From NCBI RefSeq assembly GCF_004010195.1, contig NC_057741.1, forward strand, positions 8,180,661 to 8,244,660: a stretch of 64,000 bases of DNA, read 5' to 3'. Shown in pieces: positions 63,385 to 64,000 of the stretch (the stretch's first letter is position 1; every line of letters starts with the position of its first letter). The translations under genes were made by a program, and so were the position numbers. The notes under the pieces were generated by a model. The model saw only the letters and a program-made list of their open reading frames with translations, had not been told where the DNA came from and did no database searches. The DNA comes from Chiloscyllium plagiosum (taxonomy: Eukaryota).

Positions 63385-64000
63385 GTAGGCCAATTCCTTC
63401 CAATTCCTCCACATCTGCCTTATCTACTCCCAAGAGGAACAATTCCACTCCAGGACATCCCAGATGGTCTCCTATTTCAAGGACCATGATTTCCCCTCCC
63501 ATATGATCAACAACACCCACCAGTCCTCCACTTCCTGCACCTCCGCCAACAAACCCCATCCCTCCAACTGCAATAAGAATAGAACCACTCAGTACTCACC
63601 CCACATCCACCCTGCTAATCTCCAGATACAGTGCATTATCCTCTGCCATTTCCGCCACCTACAGTCAGGCCCCACCACCAAAGATACATTTCCTTCCCAT
63701 CCTTATCAGCATTCCACAGAGACCACTCCCCTGTGATTGCTTTGTTATGTCCATGTCCCACCACCAACCCACCCTCCACACATGCGACCTTCCCTTGCCG
63801 CCACATGAATTAAAAACATGCGCCCACAGCTCCCCCCCTCACCTCTGTCTATGGCTGTAAAGGATCCTTCCAAATCTAGCAGAGATTTTCATCTCCACCT
63901 ACCTCATCAACTGTGTCTGTTGCTCTCGATGTGGTCTTCTCTACATTGAGGAGACAGGGCATCAACTCGCAGAGTGTTTCAGGGAACATCTCTGGAACAC
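63385..64000 (+). mobile_element. Penelope-like element fragment (RT thumb to GIY-YIG)
   Basis: Similar to 17100-17650; CSRCGLLYIEETG. Confidence 0.75.

Overview
This is repeat-rich vertebrate DNA, almost certainly from a shark or ray: it carries HE1/V-SINEs, CR1 and L2-like LINEs, Rex1, Penelope-like elements (PLEs), DeuSINEs and Harbinger remnants. It also has a 718-N gap and a ~3.9 kb minisatellite of 38-bp units. No intact host protein-coding gene is supported. The main result is that the unique DNA between the transposons, from ~120 to at least ~30.6 kb and perhaps ~44 kb, reads on the minus strand as one long, decayed, intronless coding region. Its frame is restored when several insertions are excised at their target-site duplications (TSDs). 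By-eye translation gives motifs in the order expected for a coronavirus-like nidovirus genome: PLpro-like, nsp3 TM, nsp4, nsp5 start, a large deletion, nsp14 N7-MTase, nsp15, nsp16, then a spike-like signal peptide and an S2-like motif. It is therefore a candidate ancient endogenous coronavirus-like element. The identification rests on remembered motifs and needs profile searches to confirm. Secondary features are palindromic PLE-derived mini-elements with minimal hammerhead ribozyme cores and several nested transposon stacks.
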